From the NCBI RefSeq assembly GCF_042427575.1, contig NZ_JBHMFD010000007.1, positions 44,647 to 68,646 of the forward strand: a stretch of 24,000 nucleotides of DNA, read 5' to 3'. Made by a program: the position numbers and the translations under genes. The notes beneath the pieces were generated by a model, which searched no databases, was not told the origin of the DNA, and saw only the letters and a program-made list of their open reading frames with translations. This stretch comes from Bergeyella porcorum (lineage in GTDB: Bacteria; Bacteroidota; Bacteroidia; Flavobacteriales; Weeksellaceae). Shown here one piece after another: positions 1-8,520 of this stretch (positions are counted from its first letter, which is position 1; each line of letters opens with the position of its first letter).

Positions 1-718
1 TAATATTCTTTAACTCATCTGCTGGCATTTCTGAAAAGCCTGGAAGTTGTTGAAAAAACGCTTCTGGATTTTCTTGATATTTTTGCTTCATCTTCTTAAA
101 CTTCTCATAATCTACTTTTATAGCCTTCAGTTTCAATTTATCAAAAAACTCCAATCTCATTGGCTTTTCAATTTTCTGAATATTAATAAGTTCAAAGACA
201 TAATCTTTCTTGCTATCTTCTACACTAAATACCAATCCTGGCAATCCTTTGAACTTATATGGTCCATCTTGAATCTGAACATCTTTTGAAAACCACGCTG
301 TCCATTCTCTTCCTGCAAAATGAGTCATTGCCTTTTGCAAGGTATATTGCTCTACTTTTTTAGTTTCATTGATAACTTTCCATTTCAGTTCACGAGGTTC
401 CACTGTAGATAATCTCATCATTCCCAGCATATCCATAAAACCCATTTCCTGCGTTTTGTGATTTTTCATTACCACAAAATCTATTTTTTGGTTCAACACA
501 CTACTTGCTCTTCCGCCTCGCTCCATCACAGAATCTGCCTTCACATAAGTGGCGGGATAGAAGATAGTTTCTCCATCAGCAAAATCCAAGTTAAAGAGTT
601 CTGTCTGAACAAAATCTCTATTCAGAGAATCTATTTTAAATACCACTTGATACTGAAACCTATTTTGAGCAGATAAAAAACCACTCACCATTAAGATAAT
701 AACAAAAATATTCTTCAT
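1..718 (-). CDS. GLPGLI family protein, secreted; C-terminus cut by the left window edge
   Basis: Reverse-complement translation from the ATG at 718 gives MKNIFVIILIMVSGFLSAQNRFQYQVVFKIDSLNRDFVQTELFNLDFADGE...; it has a signal peptide and contains DGPYKFKGLPGLVFSVEDSKKDYVFEL, the family-defining GLPGLI motif. Not in the supplied ORF track because it is open at the edge. Confidence 0.9.
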   Translation of the reverse strand, partial: MKNIFVIILMVSGFLSAQNRFQYQVVFKIDSLNRDFVQTELFNLDFADGETIFYPATYVKADSVMERGGRASSVLNQKIDFVVMKNHKTQEMGFMDMLGMMRLSTVEPRELKWKVINETKKVEQYTLQKAMTHFAGREWTAWFSKDVQIQDGPYKFKGLPGLVFSVEDSKKDYVFELINIQKIEKPMRLEFFDKLKLKAIKVDYEKFKKMKQKYQENPEAFFQQLPGFSEMPADELKNI

Positions 719-729
719 AACTATTATTT

Positions 730-993
730 TTAATTTTGATACTTTTTTCTAAAATGCTTAATACTCATTACAAGTACAGCTGATAACAAAAGTAGCATTT
801 GGAAAATTTTCAAGTTGAGAATTTGACTATAAAGAGATTCCCAAACTAAAATACCTAAATGATATAGGAAAAATACACTCAATATAGAGAGAATCCCCAA
901 CTGCCAATTTCTAGTTTTAAGAAATTCCAACTTTTTATTCCATTTTAAAACTAAAAACATTAACACCAAAACCATTAAAATAAACTCATTCAT
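730..993 (-). CDS. small hypothetical membrane protein (87 aa)
   Basis: Complete ORF with two to three hydrophobic segments (FILMVLVLMFLVL; LGILSILSVFFLYHLGILVW; FQMLLLLSAVLVMSI), 11 bp upstream of the GLPGLI gene on the same strand. Confidence 0.55.
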   Translation of the reverse strand: MNEFILMVLVLMFLVLKWNKKLEFLKTRNWQLGILSILSVFFLYHLGILVWESLYSQILNLKIFQMLLLLSAVLVMSIKHFRKKYQN

Positions 994-1018
994 ATTTCAA
1001 AAATTTTAAGGTTACCTT

Positions 1019-1114
1019 TCAGCCAATAAATATAAGAAAAAAAATCAATATGCCAAATCCTTTTATTTTTTTTTTAACTTCTCTCTCATTCTCACCTAAG
1101 TCATTATTTTTCAT
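1019..1114 (-). CDS. possible 31-aa single-TM peptide
   Basis: Manual reverse translation: MKNNDLGENEREVKKKIKGFGILIFFLIFIG*. Charged N-terminus followed by one hydrophobic helix, co-directional with the two genes downstream. Contains an A10 homopolymer. Confidence 0.3.
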   Translation of the reverse strand: MKNNDLGENEREVKKKIKGFGILIFFLIFIG

Positions 1115-1152
1115 TATTTTTGTAGCAGCAAAAAAATCAGCGGTATAAATAT

Positions 1153-1182
1153 TTGCAAATTCAAAAAATATATATATCTTTG
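1153..1182 (+). promoter_or_regulatory. Bacteroidota-type sigma-A promoter for the DUF177 gene
   Basis: TTG at 1153-1155, 19-bp spacer, TATCTTTG at 1175-1182 (matches TAnnTTTG), 12 bp before ATG 1195. Confidence 0.6.
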
Positions 1183-1194
1183 CAACCTCATTTT

Positions 1195-1713
1195 ATGGAT
1201 AAGTTTAAAAATTATGATATCGTATTTTCTGGATTAAAGGAAGGAAAACACGAGTTCCAATTTGAGATTAAACAAGCGTTCTTTGAACTTTTTGAGACTG
1301 AACAAGAATTTTCTAACCCAAGAGTAGAAGCCAATATCCTAATGGACAAACACTCTACCTTTCTTGAGTTTTGGATTAGCACCAAAGGCTGGGTTACATT
1401 ACAATGCGACATCAGCAATGATGCGTTTGACTATAATGTAGAGAACGAAATGAAACTTTTGGTAAAATTCGGTGAAGAATATGACGATAGCAATGAAGAA
1501 GTGATTACCATACCTAGTACGGACTACGCTTTCAATATTGCCCAGATGATTTATGAAAGCATCATATTATCTATCCCGATGAAAAAACTTTCACCTAACC
1601 TGAAAGAGGAAGATTTAGAAATAATAGAACAGTACAGCCCCAAAGAGCAAGAAGACTCCACCGAAGACCATATAGACCCTAGGTGGGAAGCATTAAAGAA
1701 ATTAAAAAAATAA
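1195..1713 (+). CDS. DUF177/YceD family protein (23S rRNA accumulation protein family)
   Basis: Translation MDKFKNYDIVFSGLKEGKHEFQFEIKQAFFELFE...; directly upstream of rpmF, the conserved yceD-rpmF arrangement. Track start at 1153 (TTG) overlaps the -33 promoter element, so ATG 1195 is preferred. Confidence 0.85.
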   Translation: MDKFKNYDIVFSGLKEGKHEFQFEIKQAFFELFETEQEFSNPRVEANILMDKHSTFLEFWISTKGWVTLQCDISNDAFDYNVENEMKLLVKFGEEYDDSNEEVITIPSTDYAFNIAQMIYESIILSIPMKKLSPNLKEEDLEIIEQYSPKEQEDSTEDHIDPRWEALKKLKK

Positions 1714-1775
1714 AATAAATAGTTTAAATATGATGAGATGATGAATCTCATCGCTCATCAAAAAAATTATTAGAA

Positions 1776-1979
1776 ATGGCACATCCAAAGAGAAGACAAT
1801 CAAGCACAAGAAGAGACAAAAGAAGAACACATTACAAAGCAGTAGTTCCTCAATTGGCTAAAGATGCAACTACAGGTGAATTACACCTTTACCACAGAGC
1901 ACATTGGCACGAAGGTAAACTTTACTACAGAGGAAAAGTAGTAATGGAAAAAGAAACTGAAACTACTGAAGAGAACTAA
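1776..1979 (+). CDS. rpmF: 50S ribosomal protein bL32
   Basis: [56 protein letters not shown], a clear L32 sequence. Confidence 0.97.
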   Translation: MAHPKRRQSSTRRDKRRTHYKAVVPQLAKDATTGELHLYHRAHWHEGKLYYRGKVVMEKETETTEEN

Positions 1980-2008
1980 AAATCATTGGTTAAACTTCAT
2001 TTTCATAC

Positions 2009-2056
2009 AAAAGCCACTCATTTTTCTAAAAAATTGAGTGGCTTTTTGTTTTTTTT
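2009..2056 (+). terminator. Rho-independent terminator after rpmF
   Basis: AAAAGCCACTCA (2009-2020) / TGAGTGGCTTTT (2035-2046), a 12-bp perfect stem followed by a T-rich run. Confidence 0.88.
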
Positions 2057-2087
2057 CGTATTTTTGGGCACTATTCAAATAAGTATT

Positions 2088-2573
2088 ATGGACATTAGAG
2101 AAATACAAAACCTGATCAAATTTGTATCTAAAGCTGAAGTATCAGAAGTTAAATACAAAACAAAAGATTTTGAAATTACCATTAAAACGCCATTGGCGGG
2201 TAATGAAGCTGTAAACTTTGTACCTCAGCCACAAGTTTTCCAAACGGCTCCAGTAGCTCCTGCTCCAGTAGCGGCAGCTCCTGCAACTCCGGTAGCTACA
2301 GAAAAAGCAGAAACTCCGGCAGATGATAGTAAATTTATCACCATTAAATCTCCTATGATTGGAACTTTCTACAGAAAACCGTCCCCAGATAAAGACCCTT
2401 TTGTAAATGTGGGAGATGCTGTTTCTGAAGGAAAAGTGGTTTGCGTGATAGAAGCTATGAAACTTTTCAACCAGATAGAATCTGAGGTTTCTGGAAAAAT
2501 CGTGAAGATTTTAGTAGATGATGCAACGCCTGTAGAATACGATCAACCGTTATTCTTGGTAGATCCATCTTAG
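2088..2573 (+). CDS. accB: acetyl-CoA carboxylase biotin carboxyl carrier protein
   Basis: [35 protein letters not shown]... with biotinylation motif [15 protein letters not shown] and [24 protein letters not shown]. Start moved from track 1986 to the typical MDIREIQ start. Confidence 0.96.
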   Translation: MDIREIQNLIKFVSKAEVSEVKYKTKDFEITIKTPLAGNEAVNFVPQPQVFQTAPVAPAPVAAAPATPVATEKAETPADDSKFITIKSPMIGTFYRKPSPDKDPFVNVGDAVSEGKVVCVIEAMKLFNQIESEVSGKIVKILVDDATPVEYDQPLFLVDPS

Positions 2574-2677
2574 AAATTAGTAATTTGAAAATGAGCTAAT
2601 TAGATAATTTTAAATTCTCAAATTCAAAAGGTAAACATTACTAAATTAACTAATTATCAGATTAACTAATTAAAATT

Positions 2678-4030
2678 ATGTTCAAAAAAATATTAATAGC
2701 CAATCGTGGTGAAATCGCAATGCGTATTCTACGCACTTGCAGGGAAATGGGAATCAAAACGGTTGCAGTATATTCTACGGCAGACAAAGATAGTCTCCAC
2801 GTGAGATTTGCAGATGAAGCCGTTTGTATAGGACCTGCAATGAGTAAGGATTCTTACCTTAATATTCCTAACATTCTTGCAGCTGCAGAAATCACCAATG
2901 CAGACGCCATCCATCCAGGGTATGGCTTCTTGTCTGAAAATGCTAATTTCTCCAGAATTTGCCAGAAAAATGGTATCAAGTTCATTGGTGCTACCCCTGA
3001 GCAAATAGAGAAAATGGGAGATAAAGCCAATGCAAAAGCTACAATGAAAGCAGCAGGTGTATCTTGCGTACCTGGCTCTGATGGATTGATAGAATCTTAT
3101 GAAGAAGCTGCAAAAATAGCAGAAGAAATAGGCTATCCTGTGATGATAAAAGCTACTGCTGGTGGCGGTGGTAAAGGAATGCGTGCGGTGTGGAAAGCAG
3201 AGGATCTGAAAGATCATTGGGATTCTGCCATTCAGGAGGCTACGGCAGCCTTTGGCAATGGTGGGATGTATATGGAAAAACTCATCGAAGAGCCTCGCCA
3301 TATTGAAATTCAAATCGCGGGAGACCAATTTGGGAAAGCGTGTCACCTTTCGGAGAGAGATTGTTCTATCCAAAGAAGAAATCAGAAACTGGTGGAGGAA
3401 ACGCCATCACCTTTTATGACCGATGAACTTCGTCAAAAAATGGGAGATGCTGCGGTGAAAGCGGCTGAATTTATTGGCTACGAAGGGGTAGGTACTATTG
3501 AATTCTTGGTGGACAAACACAGAAATTTCTATTTTATGGAAATGAACACCAGAATCCAAGTAGAACACCCTATCACTGAACAAGTTATTGATTACGACTT
3601 GATTAGAGAACAGATTCTACTGGCAGCTGGTACGCCAATCTCTGGCATCAACCATTTTCCGAAACTGCACTCTATAGAATGTAGAATCAATGCGGAAGAT
3701 CCTTATGCAGATTTCCGTCCAAGCCCAGGAAAAATCAGTGGACTGAATATCCCAGGAGGGCACGGTATTAGAATTGATACCCACGTTTATTCTGGCTATA
3801 CCATTCCATCTAACTATGATTCTATGATTGCAAAACTCATCACTACGGCACAGACCAGAGAAGAGGCAATTGCAAAAATGAAACGAGCATTGGAAGAGTT
3901 TTATATCGATGGTATTAAAACTACTATTCCGTTCCATAGACAACTGATGGATGACCCAGATTTTGTGGAAGGTAACTATACCACCAAATTTATGGAGTCC
4001 TTTAAAATGGATAAAAATTACGATATGTAA
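2678..4030 (+). CDS. accC: acetyl-CoA carboxylase biotin carboxylase subunit
   Basis: [33 protein letters not shown]..., [22 protein letters not shown] motifs. Confidence 0.98.
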   Translation: MFKKILIANRGEIAMRILRTCREMGIKTVAVYSTADKDSLHVRFADEAVCIGPAMSKDSYLNIPNILAAAEITNADAIHPGYGFLSENANFSRICQKNGIKFIGATPEQIEKMGDKANAKATMKAAGVSCVPGSDGLIESYEEAAKIAEEIGYPVMIKATAGGGGKGMRAVWKAEDLKDHWDSAIQEATAAFGNGGMYMEKLIEEPRHIEIQIAGDQFGKACHLSERDCSIQRRNQKLVEETPSPFMTDELRQKMGDAAVKAAEFIGYEGVGTIEFLVDKHRNFYFMEMNTRIQVEHPITEQVIDYDLIREQILLAAGTPISGINHFPKLHSIECRINAEDPYADFRPSPGKISGLNIPGGHGIRIDTHVYSGYTIPSNYDSMIAKLITTAQTREEAIAKMKRALEEFYIDGIKTTIPFHRQLMDDPDFVEGNYTTKFMESFKMDKNYDM

Positions 4031-4037
4031 AATCATT

Positions 4038-4064
4038 AAAACCGTCTTTTTGAGGCGGTTTTTT
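4038..4064 (+). terminator. Rho-independent terminator after accC
   Basis: AAAACCGTC / GGCGGTTTT (one T.G wobble) followed by TT. Confidence 0.75.
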
Positions 4065-4102
4065 ATCAAATAAAAGATTTAAATCCAGTAAATATCATAC
4101 AA

Positions 4103-5350
4103 ATGTCAACAAAAAAGACTAAAAATTCTCAGTATTTCATAGACCTTGAAGACCAACACGGTGCTCACAACTACCACCCTCTTCCTGTAGTGCTAGACAA
4201 AGGAGAAGGCGTGTATGTGTGGGATGTGGAAGGAAAACAATATTTTGATTTTCTCTCCGCTTACTCTGCTGTAAACCAAGGGCATTCTCATCCTAAAATT
4301 GTGAATGCTTTGGTGGAACAAGCACAGACCCTAGCCCTTACTTCTAGAGCATTCTACAATTCTAAATTGGGAGAATACGAAAAGAAAATCACTTCATTGT
4401 TTGGTTTTGATAAAGTACTTCCGATGAACTCGGGAGCGGAAGCGGTAGAAACCGCCATCAAACTAGCCAGAAAATGGGCGTATGAGGTGAAAGGAATTAA
4501 AGGAAATAACGCTAAAATCATTGTTTGCGAAAATAACTTCCACGGAAGAACTACCACCATCGTTTCTTTCTCTAATGACCCTGATGCTCACAACAATTAC
4601 GGCCCTTTCACACCAGGATTCATCAAAATTCAATACAATGATTTGAAAGAATTGGAAGAGGTTTTATCAGGCGATGCAGAACATATTGCAGCATTTTTAG
4701 TAGAGCCTATTCAAGGTGAAGCGGGAGTCTATGTTCCAGATGAAGGGTTCTTAAAAGGTGCGTCAGAGCTTTGTAAAAAGCACAATGTTCTGTTCATTGC
4801 AGACGAGGTACAGACGGGAATTGCCAGAACGGGAAGACTCATCGCTTGTCATCACGAGGAGGTTCAGCCAGATATTCTTATTTTAGGAAAAGCCCTTTCT
4901 GGAGGGATGTATCCTGTATCTGCGGTATTGGCAAATAACAACATTATGAAGGTGATTCATCCAGGGCAGCACGGCTCTACCTTTGGTGGTAATCCGTTGG
5001 CTTGTGCCGTGGCAATGGCAGCTCTAGATGTGGTAGAAGAAGAGCAACTCTCCGAGAGAGCAGAAAAACTGGGGAACATCTTCCGTTCAGAGATGAATAA
5101 AATCATCGCTAAAACCGATTTGGTACATTCTGTAAGAGGAAAAGGACTGCTGAATGCCATTATCATCAATGATAGCCAAGACAGCCCTACAGCGTGGAAT
5201 CTCTGCGTAGCTCTGAAAGAGAATGGTTTATTAGCCAAGCCTACCCACGGCAATATCATCCGTTTGGCACCTCCTTTGGTAATCACAGAGGAGCAACTGA
5301 TGGAATGCATTGCTATTATTGAAAAAACAATTTTAGAGTTTGGTAAATAG
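4103..5350 (+). CDS. rocD: ornithine--oxo-acid aminotransferase
   Basis: [52 protein letters not shown]...; PLP-aminotransferase class III motifs ([31 protein letters not shown]). Confidence 0.95.
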   Translation: MSTKKTKNSQYFIDLEDQHGAHNYHPLPVVLDKGEGVYVWDVEGKQYFDFLSAYSAVNQGHSHPKIVNALVEQAQTLALTSRAFYNSKLGEYEKKITSLFGFDKVLPMNSGAEAVETAIKLARKWAYEVKGIKGNNAKIIVCENNFHGRTTTIVSFSNDPDAHNNYGPFTPGFIKIQYNDLKELEEVLSGDAEHIAAFLVEPIQGEAGVYVPDEGFLKGASELCKKHNVLFIADEVQTGIARTGRLIACHHEEVQPDILILGKALSGGMYPVSAVLANNNIMKVIHPGQHGSTFGGNPLACAVAMAALDVVEEEQLSERAEKLGNIFRSEMNKIIAKTDLVHSVRGKGLLNAIIINDSQDSPTAWNLCVALKENGLLAKPTHGNIIRLAPPLVITEEQLMECIAIIEKTILEFGK

Positions 5351-5359
5351 AAACAACAT

Positions 5360-5394
5360 TTTCCCTCTTTCTTTTAGAAAGGGGGAAAGTTTTT
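5360..5394. terminator. bidirectional terminator between convergent rocD and GT4 gene
   Basis: TTTCCCTCTTTC (5360-5371) / GAAAGGGGGAAA (5377-5388), loop TTTTA, with T-runs on either strand context. Confidence 0.7.
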
Positions 5395-6538
5395 AACTGG
5401 CAAACATCTTTATCCATAAAGAAAACGGTTTTTCTTCTAATGTCATTTGCCTTAAATTTTCGTAGGCATTTTCTGACAACCTTTTCATAAGGTTATTATC
5501 TTCGATTAATTGGGCAATATGTTTTGCCAAATCTTGGGCATCGTTTTTAGGAGATACTAGTGCTGTTTCATAGTGTATTCCCATATCTCTGATGCCTCCA
5601 TCGCTATCTGTTATCGCAATAGCATTACCTTGGGTAATTGCTTCAGCAATAGCCATAGAAAACCCTTCACAATTGGACACATTGATGGAAATTTTACTCA
5701 ATGCCAATTCTGCTTCCACATTCTTCACAAACCCCTTAAAATCAACATTTTTAACATTATACCTTTCGCAATATCTTTTCATCTTAGACTCTAAACCACC
5801 ACTTCCTAAGATGACCAATCGCCAATTAGGATATTTTTCTGCTATCAATTCCCAAGCCTTTAATGCTAAGAAAGCATTTTTATGCCTACTTTCTAATCTG
5901 GAAACTAAAGTAATCCGATTTTGCTTGTTCGATGCTATCCGTTCATTCAACAATATCGGGTTGTGAATCACTTTAATCTTATTGACAATGGTATTTTCTC
6001 CTCGGAAAAGATGTTTCAGCTCATCAGCAGAGCCATTGCTTACACAGAATAGACCTTGCGGGGAAGATTGAATAAATTTTCTAAGCTTGCTCTTTTTAAA
6101 CGGGTACACAATACTAGCCAATAGTCTTTTCAAAAGATTAGCGTGTTCCGCATCGGGGTACTTTCTGAGATAAGCATACGGCGAGCCGTGGTATTGCGGA
6201 TACGCTTTACAGTTTGCCAATTTTGCTGCTTTCAAAACTTCCAAACCAATGGTCATATTATCGCCTTGAAAAATCAAGTGCTGGATATTTTGTTGTTTCA
6301 AATAATTCCCAAATTCCTCCGCGAAGCCTTTTTTCCGACCTAAAATTTTCAAATCTTTTACCGCAGGATAACCCATCGCTGGCTGCTGGTTGTCCGCTTT
6401 TAATGATATCAAATACAGATGTTGAAATCCTTGTTCTGAAAACTCTCGCATCAGATTGGCTGTAACACGCTCTACTCCCCCGCCCGAGGAATAATCTATG
6501 ATGAAAAATCCTATATTAGCATTACTGTATCTATCCAT
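5393..6538 (-). CDS. glycosyltransferase family 4 protein
   Basis: MDRYSNANIGFFIIDYSSGGGVERVTANLMREFSEQG...; GT4 C-terminal region VTLVSRLESRHKNAFLALKAWELIAEKYPNWRLVILGSGG and ALSKISINVSNCEGFSMAIAEAITQG. Internal ATG at 6538 preferred over track 6583. Confidence 0.9.
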   Translation of the reverse strand: MDRYSNANIGFFIIDYSSGGGVERVTANLMREFSEQGFQHLYLISLKADNQQPAMGYPAVKDLKILGRKKGFAEEFGNYLKQQNIQHLIFQGDNMTIGLEVLKAAKLANCKAYPQYHGSPYAYLRKYPDAEHANLLKRLLASIVYPFKKSKLRKFIQSSPQGLFCVSNGSADELKHLFRGENTIVNKIKVIHNPILLNERIASNKQNRITLVSRLESRHKNAFLALKAWELIAEKYPNWRLVILGSGGLESKMKRYCERYNVKNVDFKGFVKNVEAELALSKISINVSNCEGFSMAIAEAITQGNAIAITDSDGGIRDMGIHYETALVSPKNDAQDLAKHIAQLIEDNNLMKRLSENAYENLRQMTLEEKPFSLWIKMFAS

Positions 6539-6595
6539 ATAACTTAGTTTCCATATTCTTACAAAAATACATATTTTTGCCAAAAGACATTTTAA

Positions 6596-7387
6596 ATGAA
6601 AGTTTCCCTTATCATTGCCACATATAATTGGAAAGAAGCTCTAGAATTAGTCCTAAAAAGTGTTTTAAAACAAAAAATACTTCCCAACGAAGTTCTTATT
6701 GCTGATGATGGCTCCAGAGAGGACACCAGACAGCTAATAGAGGCTTATCAGAACATATTCCCTATTCCACTTCATCATATTTGGCACGAAGATGAGGGTT
6801 TTCGTCTATCTGCGATTAGAAACAAAGCAATAGCAAAGGCAAAATATGAGTACATCATCCAGATAGATGGTGATGTGGTTTTACATCCTAATTTTGTGGG
6901 CGACCACAAGAGACTCGCACAGAAAGATTGTTTCATCACAGGTTCCCGAGTACTTTTAAGCCCAGAAACTACGGCTATCGCTTTTCAGAAAAAAAACATT
7001 CATTTCAATCTGTTTACAAAGGGTATCAGCAATAGATTTAATGCAATATATTGCCCTTTTTTCAATGTCTTTTCCAAGCCTCAAAATAGCCCAATAGAAA
7101 AAATGACCAGCAGAATACGAGGCTGTAATATGAGTTTTTGGAAAAAAGACTTAATGGAAATCAACGGCTACGATGAAGATTTTGTAGGTTGGGGTAGAGA
7201 AGATTCAGACATCGTTATCCGACTAATCAAGAAAGGGTGTTTCCGAAAAAAAGTTAAATTAGCGGCTGTACAGTACCATCTCTATCATAAAGAACACTCT
7301 AAAGATAATCTAGAAGCCAATCATACCCTTATGGAAAAAGCCCTGAAAGACAGCAATTATAAAGCAAAAAATGGAATTATAAAATGA
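6596..7387 (+). CDS. glycosyltransferase family 2 protein
   Basis: MKVSLIIATYNWKEALELVLKSVLKQKILPNEVLIADDGS...; YIIQIDGDVVLHPNF; GWGREDSDIVIRL, typical GT2/chondroitin-polymerase-like features. Confidence 0.92.
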   Translation: MKVSLIIATYNWKEALELVLKSVLKQKILPNEVLIADDGSREDTRQLIEAYQNIFPIPLHHIWHEDEGFRLSAIRNKAIAKAKYEYIIQIDGDVVLHPNFVGDHKRLAQKDCFITGSRVLLSPETTAIAFQKKNIHFNLFTKGISNRFNAIYCPFFNVFSKPQNSPIEKMTSRIRGCNMSFWKKDLMEINGYDEDFVGWGREDSDIVIRLIKKGCFRKKVKLAAVQYHLYHKEHSKDNLEANHTLMEKALKDSNYKAKNGIIK

Positions 7388-8370
7388 AAAAAAATGTTCT
7401 TTTAATAATGCCCAAACACGCCTCCATACACGAGCTGATTATAAAAAATATAGAATATGTAGGCTACAATGTTACGTTTTTTAGTGAACCAGATTTTAAG
7501 TATAAAAGTATTGGTCAGCGATTAGATAATTTTTTTAGAAAAACCTTTTTAGGACAAAAAGATTACAAAGACCGCCTAAAAATGCAATATCGAGAGCAAG
7601 CTTTCGTCAGAGATATTTATTCTTCTCAACCCATTTTTGATTTCGCATTGGTCATTCGCCCAGATTTATACGGGGAAAATATTCCTAAATATCTAAAAAA
7701 AATCTGCAAAAAAATCATCGCTTACCAATGGGATGGCTTTTCTAGGTTTAAATTAACCGACAATATCATCAATAGCTATGATACCTTTGCTGTATTTGAC
7801 AATGATGACTTTGAACAATATTCTACACAGTATCCCCATCTCATCTCCACCAATAATTTTTACTTTGATTATCTTCCTATTCCTGCAAAAAAATACGATT
7901 TTTACTATATTGGGACTTTACAAGATGACCGTCTAGAAGTAATTACTAGAATATCCAATATGCTAAAGCAAGGTGAGTTTAATAATTCTTTTACTTTATT
8001 TGACATTACAGGAAAACAAAGCAAAAAGCACCCCGACATAAACATTACTCATAGAGAAATATCGTATAAAGAAATCTTGAAGAACTCCAGCGAATTCAAT
8101 GTCCTTATTGACCTAAAAACGAGCTGTCACAACGGATTATCGCTTCGTTTCTTCGAGGCTCTACATTTTTCACAAAAAATCATCACCAATAATGAAACGG
8201 TAAAGAATATGGACTTTTACCACGAAAATAACCATCTCGTTTTCAATACTATTGACCAACTCAATTACGAGACTATCATAAATTTCCTACAAAAACCTTA
8301 TATCAAACCATCTGATGACATCGTACAAAAATATAGCTTTATAAATTGGCTAAAATCACTAACTGTTTAA
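7384..8370 (+). CDS. uncharacterised protein resembling RfaS/LPS-biosynthesis or GT-B type proteins
   Basis: ATGA overlap with the upstream GT2 gene; MKKNVLLIMPKHASIHELIIKNIEYVGYNVTFF..., IIAYQWDGFSRF, CHNGLSLRFFEALHFSQKIITNN (GT-B-like C-terminal nucleotide-sugar-site-like segment). Confidence 0.6.
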   Translation: MKKNVLLIMPKHASIHELIIKNIEYVGYNVTFFSEPDFKYKSIGQRLDNFFRKTFLGQKDYKDRLKMQYREQAFVRDIYSSQPIFDFALVIRPDLYGENIPKYLKKICKKIIAYQWDGFSRFKLTDNIINSYDTFAVFDNDDFEQYSTQYPHLISTNNFYFDYLPIPAKKYDFYYIGTLQDDRLEVITRISNMLKQGEFNNSFTLFDITGKQSKKHPDINITHREISYKEILKNSSEFNVLIDLKTSCHNGLSLRFFEALHFSQKIITNNETVKNMDFYHENNHLVFNTIDQLNYETIINFLQKPYIKPSDDIVQKYSFINWLKSLTV

Positions 8371-8520
8371 TATACTCTTTTCAATAAACATAGAAGCTCC
8401 ACATCGCTTTACCCAGCTTCATTAATCCCGCGTTCTTCCCTTTCTTGCATACATTCCTCATCACTAGGCTTATCAAATTATTTTTAATCCTTAAATTTGT
8501 ACCTTCAAAAAATAAAAACA

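Noticed and set aside
47-676. Plus-strand ORFs 47..289 and 458..676
   Set aside because: Antisense to the GLPGLI gene, whose defining motif is present on the minus strand.
2729-3373. 214-aa minus-strand ORF (also 3617..4069 minus)
   Set aside because: Antisense to the unmistakable accC gene; shadow ORFs with no recognisable protein features.
5360-5394. Considered as a regulatory operator because of its inverted repeat
   Set aside because: Its position at the 3' ends of two convergent genes and its T-rich flank fit a bidirectional terminator.
8497-8520. TTG start extension of gltX (and similar TTG extension at 12867)
   Set aside because: Both upstream starts overlap TAnnTTTG-like -7 elements; the internal ATG gives the canonical N-terminus or signal peptide.
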